DNA from: Phycisphaerae bacterium
Lineage (GTDB): Bacteria > Planctomycetota > Phycisphaerae > UBA1845
Direction: 5' to 3'
Length of the DNA stretch: 64,000 nt
Assembly: GCA_963666835.2 (NCBI GenBank)
Contig: CAXXGO010000006.1
Coordinates: 1,024,001 to 1,088,000 of the forward strand
Under the pieces are notes generated by a model. It was not told where the DNA came from and ran no database searches. It saw only the letters and a program-made list of their open reading frames with translations. Of this stretch, positions 20,073-31,292 are shown one piece after another. Made by a program: the position numbers and the translations under genes. Every line of letters begins with the position of its first letter. Position 1 is the stretch's first letter.

Positions 20073-20753
20073 ATGGCAGCCGGATCATCTGATAGAACGA
20101 GTATCGCCAACCGTGCTTCCAAGGCGGCAGTCTTGGGGATCGGGTTGGCGGTCAGTGCGTGCCTGATGGGGGTGGCGCTGCAGGCTCGGTCCGGTTCGCT
20201 CCTGGCGTGGTTCACTTTGATTCCGCTGTTCCTTTCGATCAGGATCCTGACGCCGTTGCGGGCGTCGCTGGCGGGGGCGTTTTGGGGCTTGTGCCTCTTC
20301 CTGTTCAGCAGCCTATCGGCGGACGCACCGTTTGCTCCGTCGTTATCAGCGTTGGCGCTGCTTACGGCCGCGCCGGGGCTATATGCTCTGGTCGGCTCGC
20401 TGATTACCCGGCGGGCGGGCTTCAGTCCGCTGCTGTTGGGTTTGGGTTGGATTGGTGTCGAGCTGGCGTTGCAGCCGCTGGGCATCAGACACGGATTGCT
20501 TGCCGGGACGCAAGGGCAGGGGCTCATCGTTCGGACGATGGGTTACCTATCCGGCTACGTTGTGGTGGCTTTCCTGGTTGCGTATGTAAACGCATCGTTG
20601 CTGTCGATGTTGAGCGACGTTTGCGTTTCGCATAGTGGGCTGCGGGTGGCCCCGCGTTCGACGCGGTCGGCACCGCGGCTCTCTCCGACAGAACTACCTG
20701 CCTACCTTTACCAAGTCTTCAGTCCTAGCCAACCGCGCGCTCCCCCGGTCTGA
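20073..20753 (+). CDS. Polytopic membrane protein resembling the Lnt N-terminal TM domain, ending in RAPP
   Basis: About 6 hydrophobic helices, LAWFTLIPLF; no nitrilase domain; C-terminus SQPRAPPV*. Confidence 0.75.
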   Translation: MAAGSSDRTSIANRASKAAVLGIGLAVSACLMGVALQARSGSLLAWFTLIPLFLSIRILTPLRASLAGAFWGLCLFLFSSLSADAPFAPSLSALALLTAAPGLYALVGSLITRRAGFSPLLLGLGWIGVELALQPLGIRHGLLAGTQGQGLIVRTMGYLSGYVVVAFLVAYVNASLLSMLSDVCVSHSGLRVAPRSTRSAPRLSPTELPAYLYQVFSPSQPRAPPV

Positions 20754-21088
20754 AACGGGGTTTATGGGGCGTCGGCCTGCCACGCAGGTGACGCGGTGTT
20801 CCTGCGCTAAGTCGGGGACAGTCCGAGATCGACGCCTCAGGTGCAGTACGCGTTGGTAGATTCTCTTGTATCAGATTCAGGAATAGCGGAAGCGCTTGCT
20901 TCCGATTCTGGCTGCATGTGCCGGAGGCGTGGGGAGCGTTTGTTGTGCGCTGCCAGCGACCATGGCCCGTCTTACGGCGGGTGTCGCAAGCGTCTGATCG
21001 TGTTCGGCGGATGTGGCACTGAGGTTACCCAAGTACGGTGGGTGAAGGCTCGGTCCTTTGCTTACTGGATTTATGCGGAGATTTGAGG

Positions 21089-23026
21089 ATGAAATTGGTT
21101 AAGTGTTTGACTGTATGTGCGATGATCGGCCTGATGGCCACGGCGAGCGTCCAGGCTTTGGAGCCGGCCGGTCACAATATGCAAACCACGGGTAAGGTCA
21201 CGAAGGCGATTGCCTCGGGCGTTGCCGGAGCCCCTGGTGAGCATAACCCGAGCGTTTTCTCTGATGACTGCCCGGCTACTGACTTGGGTCAGTTGCTGAC
21301 GGCCGGCGGGAGTTTCGCAAGCGACATGACGGGCATGACGAATGTCTTCGAGTGCACCGATGGCGCGTGTGACACCTACTGCCCGTGGTACGGTGCCGGC
21401 GGTGTGGACGAGATCTTCGAGTTCACCGTCGAGGCCGACGGCCTGTGGACGTTTGATACCGGCACCGTGGCGGCCGGCTGGGACACCAGCCTGATGCTGC
21501 TCGAGGGTGCCTGCCCCGGGACTTTCATCACCTGTGATGATGACAGCGGTCACGTAGACCACTGGGAGTCGGAAGTTACGGCGTACCTGACTGCCGGCAC
21601 GACGTACCAGATCGTCGTTGACGACGGCCAGTACGAGGGCATTGTCCCGACGACGTACACCGTTACGTATTCGTTCATGCCGGGCTGCGTTGATGATGCG
21701 GGTTGTGACGACGGCCAGTACTGCAACGGCGTTGAGACCTGCAACACCGCCACGTACATGTGCGAAGCCGGTACCCCGATCGTCTGCCCGGAGGTCTACC
21801 AGAGCTGCGACGAAGCGACGGATTCCTGTGTGAACCCGGATCCGTGCCTGGTGTACGAGGCGCAGGTGATGGGCACGACCTACTTCCCGATGGACTCGTG
21901 GTCGAGCCAGGGCTTCATTCCGGCCAGCTACGGCGATGACTGGTATCTCCAGCCGGGCCTGGGTCGTGACCTGGAGAACTACTGGTCCTTGTTCTACATG
22001 CTTCCGAGCGATTTCACGGCGCCGTATCAGGTCAACGTCGAGCTGCACGAGTTCGCCCAGCTTTGTGACGGCGACTACGCGGTTTGCACCGAGGATGCGG
22101 ATTGTGTCGGTCATGGCGGAACCGAAGCCTGCTTGATGTTCAACGAGCCGGGCCCCGCGATTCCGAACACCGCCTGCACCGTGGACTGTGCTGCTGCCGG
22201 GTTCTGCGTTGCCGACTGTTCGCCGGCCGGCGGGGCGACCTTGCCCGATATGCTCTGGTACGTCGTCACCCCGACGGACACCGCCGGTGGTCCGATTGCG
22301 GCCGAAGGCGCTGCAACTTTGGGAGCCAGCAGTGATATTGCGGCTCTGTATGACCTCACCCTGGTCGGCGGATGGGCGACCTGGGATGCCGGTGGTGCCA
22401 CCAACTTCCTCGCGGATCTCTGTGCGACTCCGGTTGGTGCTTGCTGCATGGCCGACTTCACCTGCAGCGTGATCAGCGAAGCCGACTGCGATGCCGCCGG
22501 CGGCGTCTGGTACCCCAGCATCATCGGTGCGTTGACTGATTGCACCGACACGGACACTGACGGCGTTGCCGACCTCTGCGACAACTGCGTGGATGTCATG
22601 AACGCCGACCAGGCCGACTGTGACGGCGACGGCGAGGGTGATGCCTGCGAGGCCGATGAGGCCGATCAGGATATGGACGGCGACGGCGTCTGCAACGGCG
22701 TTGACCCGTGCCCGTTTGATAACCCCGACGACAGCGACCTCGACGGCTTCTGCGACTCGGATGACGAGTGCGTCCTGGATCCGATGAAGAGCGTTCCGGG
22801 GCAGTGCGGCTGTGGCGTTGGCCCGATGGCCGGCTTCGACAACGAGCTGGACACTGACGGTGACGGCTATGCCGACTGCGTCGACCTGTGCCCGGGCATC
22901 GATAACGACCTGTTCCCGGGCTGCGACACGGCCATCCCGACCGTCTCCGAGTGGGGTCTGGTCGTTCTGGCGTTGCTGCTGTTGGTTGCTGGTAAGGTCT
23001 ACTTCGGTCGTCGCGAGATGTGCTAG
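21089..23026 (+). CDS. IPTL-CTERM surface protein, Cys/Asp-rich with TSP3-like Ca-binding repeats
   Basis: Signal peptide; DxDGDG repeats; tail IPTVSEWGLVVLALLLLVAGKVYFGRR. Confidence 0.9.
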   Translation: MKLVKCLTVCAMIGLMATASVQALEPAGHNMQTTGKVTKAIASGVAGAPGEHNPSVFSDDCPATDLGQLLTAGGSFASDMTGMTNVFECTDGACDTYCPWYGAGGVDEIFEFTVEADGLWTFDTGTVAAGWDTSLMLLEGACPGTFITCDDDSGHVDHWESEVTAYLTAGTTYQIVVDDGQYEGIVPTTYTVTYSFMPGCVDDAGCDDGQYCNGVETCNTATYMCEAGTPIVCPEVYQSCDEATDSCVNPDPCLVYEAQVMGTTYFPMDSWSSQGFIPASYGDDWYLQPGLGRDLENYWSLFYMLPSDFTAPYQVNVELHEFAQLCDGDYAVCTEDADCVGHGGTEACLMFNEPGPAIPNTACTVDCAAAGFCVADCSPAGGATLPDMLWYVVTPTDTAGGPIAAEGAATLGASSDIAALYDLTLVGGWATWDAGGATNFLADLCATPVGACCMADFTCSVISEADCDAAGGVWYPSIIGALTDCTDTDTDGVADLCDNCVDVMNADQADCDGDGEGDACEADEADQDMDGDGVCNGVDPCPFDNPDDSDLDGFCDSDDECVLDPMKSVPGQCGCGVGPMAGFDNELDTDGDGYADCVDLCPGIDNDLFPGCDTAIPTVSEWGLVVLALLLLVAGKVYFGRREMC

Positions 23027-23056
23027 TCGGACGACCTGTCAGGTTCTAGGTGGTCT

Positions 23057-23105
23057 GCGGAGGGGGTCCGAAAACGACCCCCTCCTGCGACCGCCGCTTT
23101 TTCTC
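23057..23105 (+). terminator. Probable intrinsic terminator
   Basis: GGAGGGGGTC..GACCCCCTCC hairpin with a downstream T-run. Confidence 0.6.
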
Positions 23106-23406
23106 CCGTCATGCCCCCTCGGGGCTGGTATCGGCTTTGGACTGACGCGGTGAGCCTGCCCACCGGGAAGGATGGGCAGACCATTCCGATTCCGAGTCCG
23201 ACTTCGGCGGGAACCGGGTCCGCATAACGGACCATTCCGGGGTCAGCCCCGGAAGTCGCTTGATTGCGACGTGTCGCTGGCATATAAGTGCGCAAAGGAG
23301 TACCGCCTGCGGTCTTTTCGAAGGCTGCAGGCGGTCTTTGTGCGATAGGGCCGAATAACCCCAGCGGAGCCGGAGTGTCCGGCCGTCGTCCGGACCGAGA
23401 GAAGCT

Positions 23407-24069
23407 GTGAGCAAGGGAAAGAAGAAACCCAAGGACCACTCATCTTCACCGCCTTTAGGTGATGACAAGGGTAGTCCACGTTCCGGCCGAGATCGAGGTC
23501 CGCAAGCTGCGCGTGGGCGAAACGGTACGCGGCCGCGCCGCAAGACCTGGATGCAGACCCACGGCCGGGACCTGCGTTTTCTCGCGATCTTCGCCGCGAT
23601 CATGACGGCTTACTACGCCTTTACGACCACGGACGTCGCCAAGGCCGGGTTCGAGTGGTATCTCGAGCTGAACGCGCAGGTGTCTGCGGGTGTCGTTCAC
23701 CTCTTCGGCTACGATGACATGACCCGGACAGGCAAGTCGCTCACTTCGCCGAACGGTTCCATCACCGTAGAGCGCGGCTGTGATGCCGTCGAGCCGTCGG
23801 CATTGTTTGTTGCGGCCGTGTTGGCGTCGCCGGTCCCGTTCTTCTCGCGCATTTCGGCAGCCGTTGCCGGGACCATCCTGCTAATGCTCATCAATCTGTT
23901 TCGGATTATCAGCCTGTTCCTGACCGCCGTACACTGGCGAAGCGCATTCGACATAATGCACTTGGACGTCTGGCAGGCCGCGTTTATCTTCTTCGCGATA
24001 CTCCTTTGGGCGCTGTGGGCGGCCTGGGCGACGAAGAAGCATCCGAGACCGGTCCATGTTCGAACCTAA
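23407..24069 (+). CDS. xrtH: Exosortase H-like transpeptidase
   Basis: Cys-Arg-His triad: VERGCDAVE, NLFRII, MHLDVWQ; adjacent to an IPTL-CTERM gene. Confidence 0.85.
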   Translation: MSKGKKKPKDHSSSPPLGDDKGSPRSGRDRGPQAARGRNGTRPRRKTWMQTHGRDLRFLAIFAAIMTAYYAFTTTDVAKAGFEWYLELNAQVSAGVVHLFGYDDMTRTGKSLTSPNGSITVERGCDAVEPSALFVAAVLASPVPFFSRISAAVAGTILLMLINLFRIISLFLTAVHWRSAFDIMHLDVWQAAFIFFAILLWALWAAWATKKHPRPVHVRT

Positions 24070-24802
24070 ACGACTTCTGTTTTTCGCTGTCGTGTTCGTA
24101 ATCGCCTGCGGTACGTTGATGACCGCGGTACGTTTATGGACCGAGGACGCTTACGCTGCGCTGTTTCGCTTCGGTGGCGACACGGTGTTCTCTCGATTCT
24201 GGTTCTGGGGCGATGGCAGCGTCGCATTCTTCGACCTTGATGCTCCGGATGTGCGCGACCAGGTGGAGCGAGATTTCCGGCGCCACGTGCAGGATGCGAT
24301 GGGCGATCGGATCGATGCCAGTTCGGTCAACCTCCCCGCCAGTTTCCAGGTCCCGCGAAAGCAAGGCGCCAAGGACACGCTGATGGTCTTGAAGAACCGG
24401 ACGACTCCCGGGTCTTTCGGACAGCTTCGTACCAGCAGCAGGTTGATGGGCTTCGAGCCGACGGCCGTGTTGCTGTCGCTCTTCCTGGCAACGCCGACTA
24501 CCTGGCGCCGCCGCGGATGGGGGATTCTGTGGGGGCTAGTGGCGATCCACGTGTTCATCGTGGTCAGGGTCTCGCTGACGCTTGCTGCTAACGGCTTCGC
24601 CGCGGACAAAAAGTATGCCCTGTTCGGTCTGAGCGAGTCTTGGACTCAGTTTCTGACTCGTGCCGAAGAGGTCTTGGTCTCCAATCCGACGGTGTCCTTT
24701 ACCGTTCCCGTTTTCATCTGGCTTCTGGTCTCGTTCCTCACCGGAGGGTTGTCGGCATTCGTTGCGGATGCGGGCGAAGCTGAGACCGCCGAAGCCTCGT
24801 AA
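24056..24802 (+). CDS. Exosortase H-associated membrane protein
   Basis: Overlaps the xrtH stop; multi-TM, LFLATP motif; no catalytic Cys. Confidence 0.7.
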   Translation: MFEPKRLLFFAVVFVIACGTLMTAVRLWTEDAYAALFRFGGDTVFSRFWFWGDGSVAFFDLDAPDVRDQVERDFRRHVQDAMGDRIDASSVNLPASFQVPRKQGAKDTLMVLKNRTTPGSFGQLRTSSRLMGFEPTAVLLSLFLATPTTWRRRGWGILWGLVAIHVFIVVRVSLTLAANGFAADKKYALFGLSESWTQFLTRAEEVLVSNPTVSFTVPVFIWLLVSFLTGGLSAFVADAGEAETAEAS

Positions 24803-24811
24803 GCGGCCGTT

Positions 24812-24890
24812 GAAAAAGGGGACTGGCTCCGACGATTCCCCCTTACGGCATCAAGAGAGGTCTTCGGCGAGGTGCCTGTACCCTTTCTCG
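24812..24890. repeat. Planctomycete-type palindromic repeat (AAAGGGGACTGGCTCC...GGTGCCTGTACCCTTT)
   Basis: Imperfect terminal inverted repeat in an intergenic position. Confidence 0.55.
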
Positions 24891-24974
24891 ACGATCGAGT
24901 GGACGTGCGTTCGGTACGCCTTGGTCCTATAATCGGGGTACTCGTTTTCGGCGGTATTTGGAGGCCTGAATCCC

Positions 24975-26108
24975 ATGTCTTCATCGCTTCGACTCAAGGA
25001 GCTTCTCGATAGCAACACGATGCCGGCCGCGCCCGAGCTCGTAACCGCAGAAGAGGACGGGCGAGTGCAGTGTCTGGCTTGTGGCCACCAGTGTTCGATC
25101 GCTCCAGGCAGAGCCGGAATCTGTCGGGTGCGGTTCAATAGAGACGGAGAACTGCGGGTCCCGGCGGGCTACGTGGCCGGGCTGCAGATTGACCCGGTTG
25201 AGAAGAAGCCGTATTACCACGCGCTTCCGGGGCGGGAGGCGTTATCGTTTGGGATGCTGGGTTGCAGCTTCCATTGCAGCTTCTGCCAGAATTGGGTCAC
25301 CAGCCAGACGCTGCGCGACGACTCGGCCGTAACCAGGCCGAACTTCTGCAATCCGGATCAGATAATCGCGGCAGCCGTTGCAGAGAACGTGCCGCTGGTC
25401 GTCAGCACATACAACGAGCCGCTAATCACCGCCGACTGGGCGGTGGAGATCTTCAAACTTGCCAAGGCCGAGGGCATGCGGTGCGGCTTGGTGAGCAACG
25501 GCTACGCCACACCGCAGGTGCTGGAGTTCCTCCGTCCCTATGTGGACGTGTGCAACGTCGATCTTAAGACGTTCAACGACCGGCAGTATCACGACCTCGG
25601 TGGAATCCTCGATCGCGTGTTGGAGTCTATCAAGCGGCTCAGCGAGATGGAGTTCTGGGTCGAGGTGGTCACGCTGGTAGTGCCCGGATTCAATGACTCC
25701 GATGATGAACTTCGGCAGATCGCTGAGTTCATCGTCAGCGTTTCGCTCGACATTCCGTGGCACGTGAGTGCGTTCCACCCCGACTACAAAATGACAGGTC
25801 CGCCGCGCACGCCGGTGAGCACCCTGCTGCGGGCATACGACCTCGGAAAGGCGGCCGGTTTGAAGTACGTATATCCGGGGAACGTCGGCGGCGGGGTCGG
25901 GGAGCGGGAGAGCACTTTCTGCCCGTCTTGCGGCAAACGGGTCATCCGGCGACGTGGGTATGTGGTGGACGAGAACCTGATGAAAGGCGGGGCCTGCCCG
26001 TTCTGCACGGCCAAAATCGCCGGATTGTGGGAAGAGGAACCCCCGACCTCGCCCGGCGGACCGGGTATTCCGCTTCCGGTCACTATGCCCGAACCGCCGC
26101 GCCGTTGA
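24975..26108 (+). CDS. amrS: AmmeMemoRadiSam system radical SAM enzyme
   Basis: CLACGHQC..GICRVR, DPVEKKP, GCSFHCSFCQN, TYNEP, C-terminal CPSCG/CPFC. Confidence 0.9.
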   Translation: MSSSLRLKELLDSNTMPAAPELVTAEEDGRVQCLACGHQCSIAPGRAGICRVRFNRDGELRVPAGYVAGLQIDPVEKKPYYHALPGREALSFGMLGCSFHCSFCQNWVTSQTLRDDSAVTRPNFCNPDQIIAAAVAENVPLVVSTYNEPLITADWAVEIFKLAKAEGMRCGLVSNGYATPQVLEFLRPYVDVCNVDLKTFNDRQYHDLGGILDRVLESIKRLSEMEFWVEVVTLVVPGFNDSDDELRQIAEFIVSVSLDIPWHVSAFHPDYKMTGPPRTPVSTLLRAYDLGKAAGLKYVYPGNVGGGVGERESTFCPSCGKRVIRRRGYVVDENLMKGGACPFCTAKIAGLWEEEPPTSPGGPGIPLPVTMPEPPRR

Positions 26109-26316
26109 CGATCAGCCGAGAAGGCGCGCCCTCGCCTCTGCTGTAACCGGTGGTAACGACACACTTGGTGCGTTTCATGCTTTTCCCTGCAGGGAGGCCG
26201 GAGTTTCAGCGCGATGGGGGCATGCGGCCCCGAGTGGAGAGCCCGGCAGAGGCCCGAGGGTATTCGTTGGTAATCCCGCCTTAAACCGCTACGGCTCGGG
26301 GGTAACGTGTTGATCC

Positions 26317-27488
<1,172 letters not shown>

Positions 27489-27612
27489 GTCTATCCGGTC
27501 ATTGTTATGGCTATAAGTAATCCTGAGCGAGCTGTAGGTCTCGACCGGTGTAGAACCGCCCGGGCGAAATCTGCGGCTCGTTTCTTGTCTGCCGCTTGAC
27601 CTTGTTTCAAGG

Positions 27613-28857
27613 ATGCCGATTGCGATGAAGAAGACTGTTGAGAGCGTTGATGTATGTGGTAAGCGAGTGCTTGTTCGAGTTGACCTTAATGTGCCGCTGG
27701 ACGCTGAACGGAGGATCACCGATGACCGGCGGATTCGAGGGGCGTTGCCCACCGTGCGGCGGTTGATCGAGGGCGGGGGGCGATTGGTTCTGATGAGCCA
27801 TCTGGGTCGACCGGAGGGCGGACCGGAGGACCACGCGAAGTTCACACTCGCCCCGGTGGCAAAACGCCTGGGGGAACTGATCAACAAGCCGGTCAAGCTG
27901 ATTGCGGACTATCCCAGCGAGGAAGCCAAGAAGGCCGTCGCGGCGATGGCCGACGGCGATGTCTGCCTGCTGGAGAACCTCCGCTTCCACGGCGCAGAGA
28001 CGATCAAGGACAAAAACGCGGCCGCGGATCCGGCTCTGCGCGATCAGAAGGCGGCGTTCGCTGCTGAGCTGGCAGGCTTGGCGGACGTCTACGTGAACGA
28101 TGCGTTCGGAACGTGCCATCGCGACAACGCCAGCATGTTGACGGTCCCCCGGATGATGGAGGGGAAGCCGAGAGTTGTGGGTTATCTTGTGCAAAAGGAG
28201 CTGGCGTTCCTGGGTGATGCGGTTGCGGAGCCGGTTAGGCCGTTCGTGTGCGTGTTGGGCGGAGCCAAGGTCTCCGACAAGCTCAACGTCATCCAGTCGT
28301 TGATGACCAAGTGCGATACGATTCTGATCGGAGGGGCGATGGCGTATACGTTCCTGGCGGCGGAGGGCATGGACGTCGGGAAGAGCCTGGTCGAGCCGGA
28401 TCTCTTCGATACCGCCCGCAAGCTCCGCTCCGAAGCGGGGAGCCGGCTGCAGGTCCCCGTTGATTCGGTGGTTGCCACCGAAATCCGCGAGGGTATCTCC
28501 GTGGACGTGTGTGAAGGAGCCATCGACGGCGAACGGATGGGTCTGGACATCGGCCCTAAGACCGTGCAAGCTTATGCAGAAGTGATCGGCGCTGCGAAGA
28601 CCGTCGTCTGGAACGGCCCCATGGGGGTCTTCGAGACCTCGCCGTTTGACGCCGGGACGATGGCCATTGCGTCGGCGGTGGCGAAGGCTACCGACAATGG
28701 GGCGACGACGATAATCGGCGGCGGCGACAGCGCTGCGGCGATAGAAAAAGCCGGACTCGCCGAGCGGATGACCCACATCTCGACCGGCGGGGGGGCGTCG
28801 CTCGAGTTCCTTGAGGGCAAGGCATTCGCAGCCATCGAAGTGTTGGACGACGCATAG
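27613..28857 (+). CDS. pgk: Phosphoglycerate kinase
   Basis: RVDLNVP, SHLGRP, LGGAKVSDK, HISTGGGASLE. Confidence 0.98.
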   Translation: MPIAMKKTVESVDVCGKRVLVRVDLNVPLDAERRITDDRRIRGALPTVRRLIEGGGRLVLMSHLGRPEGGPEDHAKFTLAPVAKRLGELINKPVKLIADYPSEEAKKAVAAMADGDVCLLENLRFHGAETIKDKNAAADPALRDQKAAFAAELAGLADVYVNDAFGTCHRDNASMLTVPRMMEGKPRVVGYLVQKELAFLGDAVAEPVRPFVCVLGGAKVSDKLNVIQSLMTKCDTILIGGAMAYTFLAAEGMDVGKSLVEPDLFDTARKLRSEAGSRLQVPVDSVVATEIREGISVDVCEGAIDGERMGLDIGPKTVQAYAEVIGAAKTVVWNGPMGVFETSPFDAGTMAIASAVAKATDNGATTIIGGGDSAAAIEKAGLAERMTHISTGGGASLEFLEGKAFAAIEVLDDA

Positions 28858-28920
28858 ACGAACTCTTTGGAAGGAAGCATAACAATCGAACCTGACCCAT
28901 CGCCGAGGGCCGGCTTCTTA

Positions 28921-29604
28921 TTGGAAACTCCTGCGGTCCGTATGGCGCCATCACTGCTGGCAGCGGACTTCGCGTGTCTGCGCGACGAGGTTGCGGAAGT
29001 TGAAAAGGCCGGGGCGGAGATACTCCATCTCGATGTGATGGATGGCCACTTCGTGCCGAACATCAGTTTCGGCGTGCCGGTCATCAAGTCGCTTCGCAAG
29101 TGCAGCGAGATGTTCTTCGATGCCCATCTGATGATCGCCGAGCCCAAGCGGTACGTCGAGGCGTTCGTCAAAGCCGGTAGCGACCTGATTACCTTCCACA
29201 TCGAGGTGACGGACGAGCCGCGAGAGGTGGCCGACCATATCCGCAACCTGGGTGCGAAAGTCGGGGTGAGTCTGAATCCCACCACCCCCGCGTCGGCAAT
29301 CGACGCCGTGATCGACCGGGTGGATCTCGTGTTGGTGATGAGTGTCTGGCCCGGGTTCGGCGGTCAGAAGTTCATCGCGGACGTGCTGCCGAAGGTCGAG
29401 GAGCTGGCCGGGCGACTCCGGCCGGATCAGCGCTTGCAGATCGACGGCGGGATCGACGTGTCCACGATCGAGGCCGCGGCGGCTGCCGGGGCTGATACGC
29501 TGGTCGCGGGGACCGCTATTTTCGGACGTCCCGACCGGGGGCAGGCGATGGCCGAGCTGAGCCGTTTGGCCGAGTCTGCAAGGGGCTCGTGGGGCGTTTC
29601 CTGA
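28921..29604 (+). CDS. rpe: Ribulose-phosphate 3-epimerase
   Basis: APSLLAADF, HLDVMDGHFVPN, DGG; start uncertain. Confidence 0.95.
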   Translation: METPAVRMAPSLLAADFACLRDEVAEVEKAGAEILHLDVMDGHFVPNISFGVPVIKSLRKCSEMFFDAHLMIAEPKRYVEAFVKAGSDLITFHIEVTDEPREVADHIRNLGAKVGVSLNPTTPASAIDAVIDRVDLVLVMSVWPGFGGQKFIADVLPKVEELAGRLRPDQRLQIDGGIDVSTIEAAAAAGADTLVAGTAIFGRPDRGQAMAELSRLAESARGSWGVS

Positions 29605-29656
29605 ACTTAAGCTTGATAGACTCGTATTTCATGGCAATGGCGGGTATGCTACGCGC

Positions 29657-30307
29657 ATGGGTTCGCTTGTATTAATCCCGTGGCCTGAGACGGCGTGGAG
29701 TGCGTCCGGCCGTATCGGTGGTCGTTCGCCGGTGCCTTTGAGTGACGCCGGCCGCGATCAGGCCGAGAACTGGAGCCGCCAATTGGCCGGTGCGGGGATT
29801 AGCGCGGTGTTTTCGGGCGATGAGCAGGCTTCAACGGAAACCGCGGACATCGTGGCCAAGTCCACCAAGGCACGGCGCAAGGTTAGTGTCGGGTTTGCGG
29901 AAGTTGATGCCGGTCTTTGGGATGGACTCACCACCGAGGAGCTCAAGCGGCGATACCCGAAAGCGTACAAGCGGTGGAACGAGGACCCCTCGGCCGTGTG
30001 CCCCCCCGAAGGTGAGGGGATCACGGAGGCCTTCGAGCGACTCAGCGAATCGCTTGAGAAGGTCATGCGGAAGCAGGGGGACCGGAGCGTGGCCGTAGTG
30101 CTCGGACCGCTGGCTTTCGCGGTTGCCAGATGTGGTATCGAGGCGACAGAGCTTCACGCCGTGCGCTCGATGATGAACAACCGACCGCTGGCATACTCGC
30201 TGAACCCGGATGGACAGGCTGTGGCGCCGGCTTGGCAGGCCATCGGTGGCGAGGAGGAGCGAGTCGACGACCCGACGGAGGGCAGTGGAGAGGACGATGC
30301 AGGATAG
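29657..30307 (+). CDS. Histidine phosphatase (PGM-like) family protein lacking the RHG motif
   Basis: PLSDAGRDQA, EVDAGLWDG, PPEGE; IPWPET where LxRHGET is expected. Confidence 0.75.
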   Translation: MGSLVLIPWPETAWSASGRIGGRSPVPLSDAGRDQAENWSRQLAGAGISAVFSGDEQASTETADIVAKSTKARRKVSVGFAEVDAGLWDGLTTEELKRRYPKAYKRWNEDPSAVCPPEGEGITEAFERLSESLEKVMRKQGDRSVAVVLGPLAFAVARCGIEATELHAVRSMMNNRPLAYSLNPDGQAVAPAWQAIGGEEERVDDPTEGSGEDDAG

Positions 30308-31100
30308 AGTGGACGTTCCCGCGGGGCTGTGGAACCGATGCGAGAGCTGCGGGCACATGGTCTACGAGAAAGAGGTCGCGGAGGCTCTTCACGTTTGCCC
30401 GGAGTGTGGGTTTCATCGCCGGGTTGACGCCCGGGTACGGATCGAGCAATTGGCGGACCCCGGCACGTTTGAGGAGTTTGCCCAGGATTTGCGGTCGGCC
30501 GACCCGTTGGAGTTCGTTGATCGCATCCCTTACAAAGACCGCCTCGAGGAAGTGCAGCGCAAGACGGGCGAGACCGAGGCTATCGTGGTAGGGCAGGCCT
30601 TCATCCGCGGGCGGCGCGTGGTGCTCGCGGTCATGAACCCTTCGTTCATCATGGCCTCGATGGGCGCGGTCGTGGGAGAGAAGGTCACCCGGGCCATCGA
30701 ACGGGCCGAGGAAGAGAGCATCCCTCTGGTGATGGTCACCGCCTCCGGGGGGGCTCGGATGCAGGAGGGCATGGTGTCTTTGGTGCAGATGGCCAAGACC
30801 TCCGCAGCGCTAGCCCGTCTGGATGATGCCAAAGGTCTATACATCGTCGTGGCCACCGATCCAACGACGGCCGGCGTGGCGGCCAGCTTCGCGAGTCTTG
30901 GGGATATCATCCTGGCCGAGCCGAAGGCGATGATGGGTTTTGCCGGCCCGCGGGTGATTGCCAACACCATCAACGCCGAGCTGCCCGAGGGGTTCCAAAC
31001 CGCCGAGTTCATGCGCGAGCACGGCTTCGTCGACCGCATCGTTCGCCGTGCCAAACTCCGGTCGGAGATCGCGCGGATCATCGATTATTGCGGGAAATAA
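30297..31100 (+). CDS. accD: Acetyl-CoA carboxylase carboxyltransferase beta subunit
   Basis: Zn finger CESC..CPEC, SMGAVVGEK, SGGARMQEG, GFAGPRVI, FQTAEF. Confidence 0.97.
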   Translation: MQDRVDVPAGLWNRCESCGHMVYEKEVAEALHVCPECGFHRRVDARVRIEQLADPGTFEEFAQDLRSADPLEFVDRIPYKDRLEEVQRKTGETEAIVVGQAFIRGRRVVLAVMNPSFIMASMGAVVGEKVTRAIERAEEESIPLVMVTASGGARMQEGMVSLVQMAKTSAALARLDDAKGLYIVVATDPTTAGVAASFASLGDIILAEPKAMMGFAGPRVIANTINAELPEGFQTAEFMREHGFVDRIVRRAKLRSEIARIIDYCGK

Positions 31101-31292
31101 CGGCGCGGCCGGTTCCGGTGACCAGCGCTTTTTCATCGCCAATAATCGGCGCGAAACGTTCTTGAATGACAGCGCCGAATATTCCCAAAGAAAATCTTTG
31201 ATTTGCGCCGATGAAAAGTGTAGAAAGTGTCCGAGGCGAAGCGGTCACTCTTTCTCTAACCCCTGACCCGACCAGCAGCTAACAACGAATCC

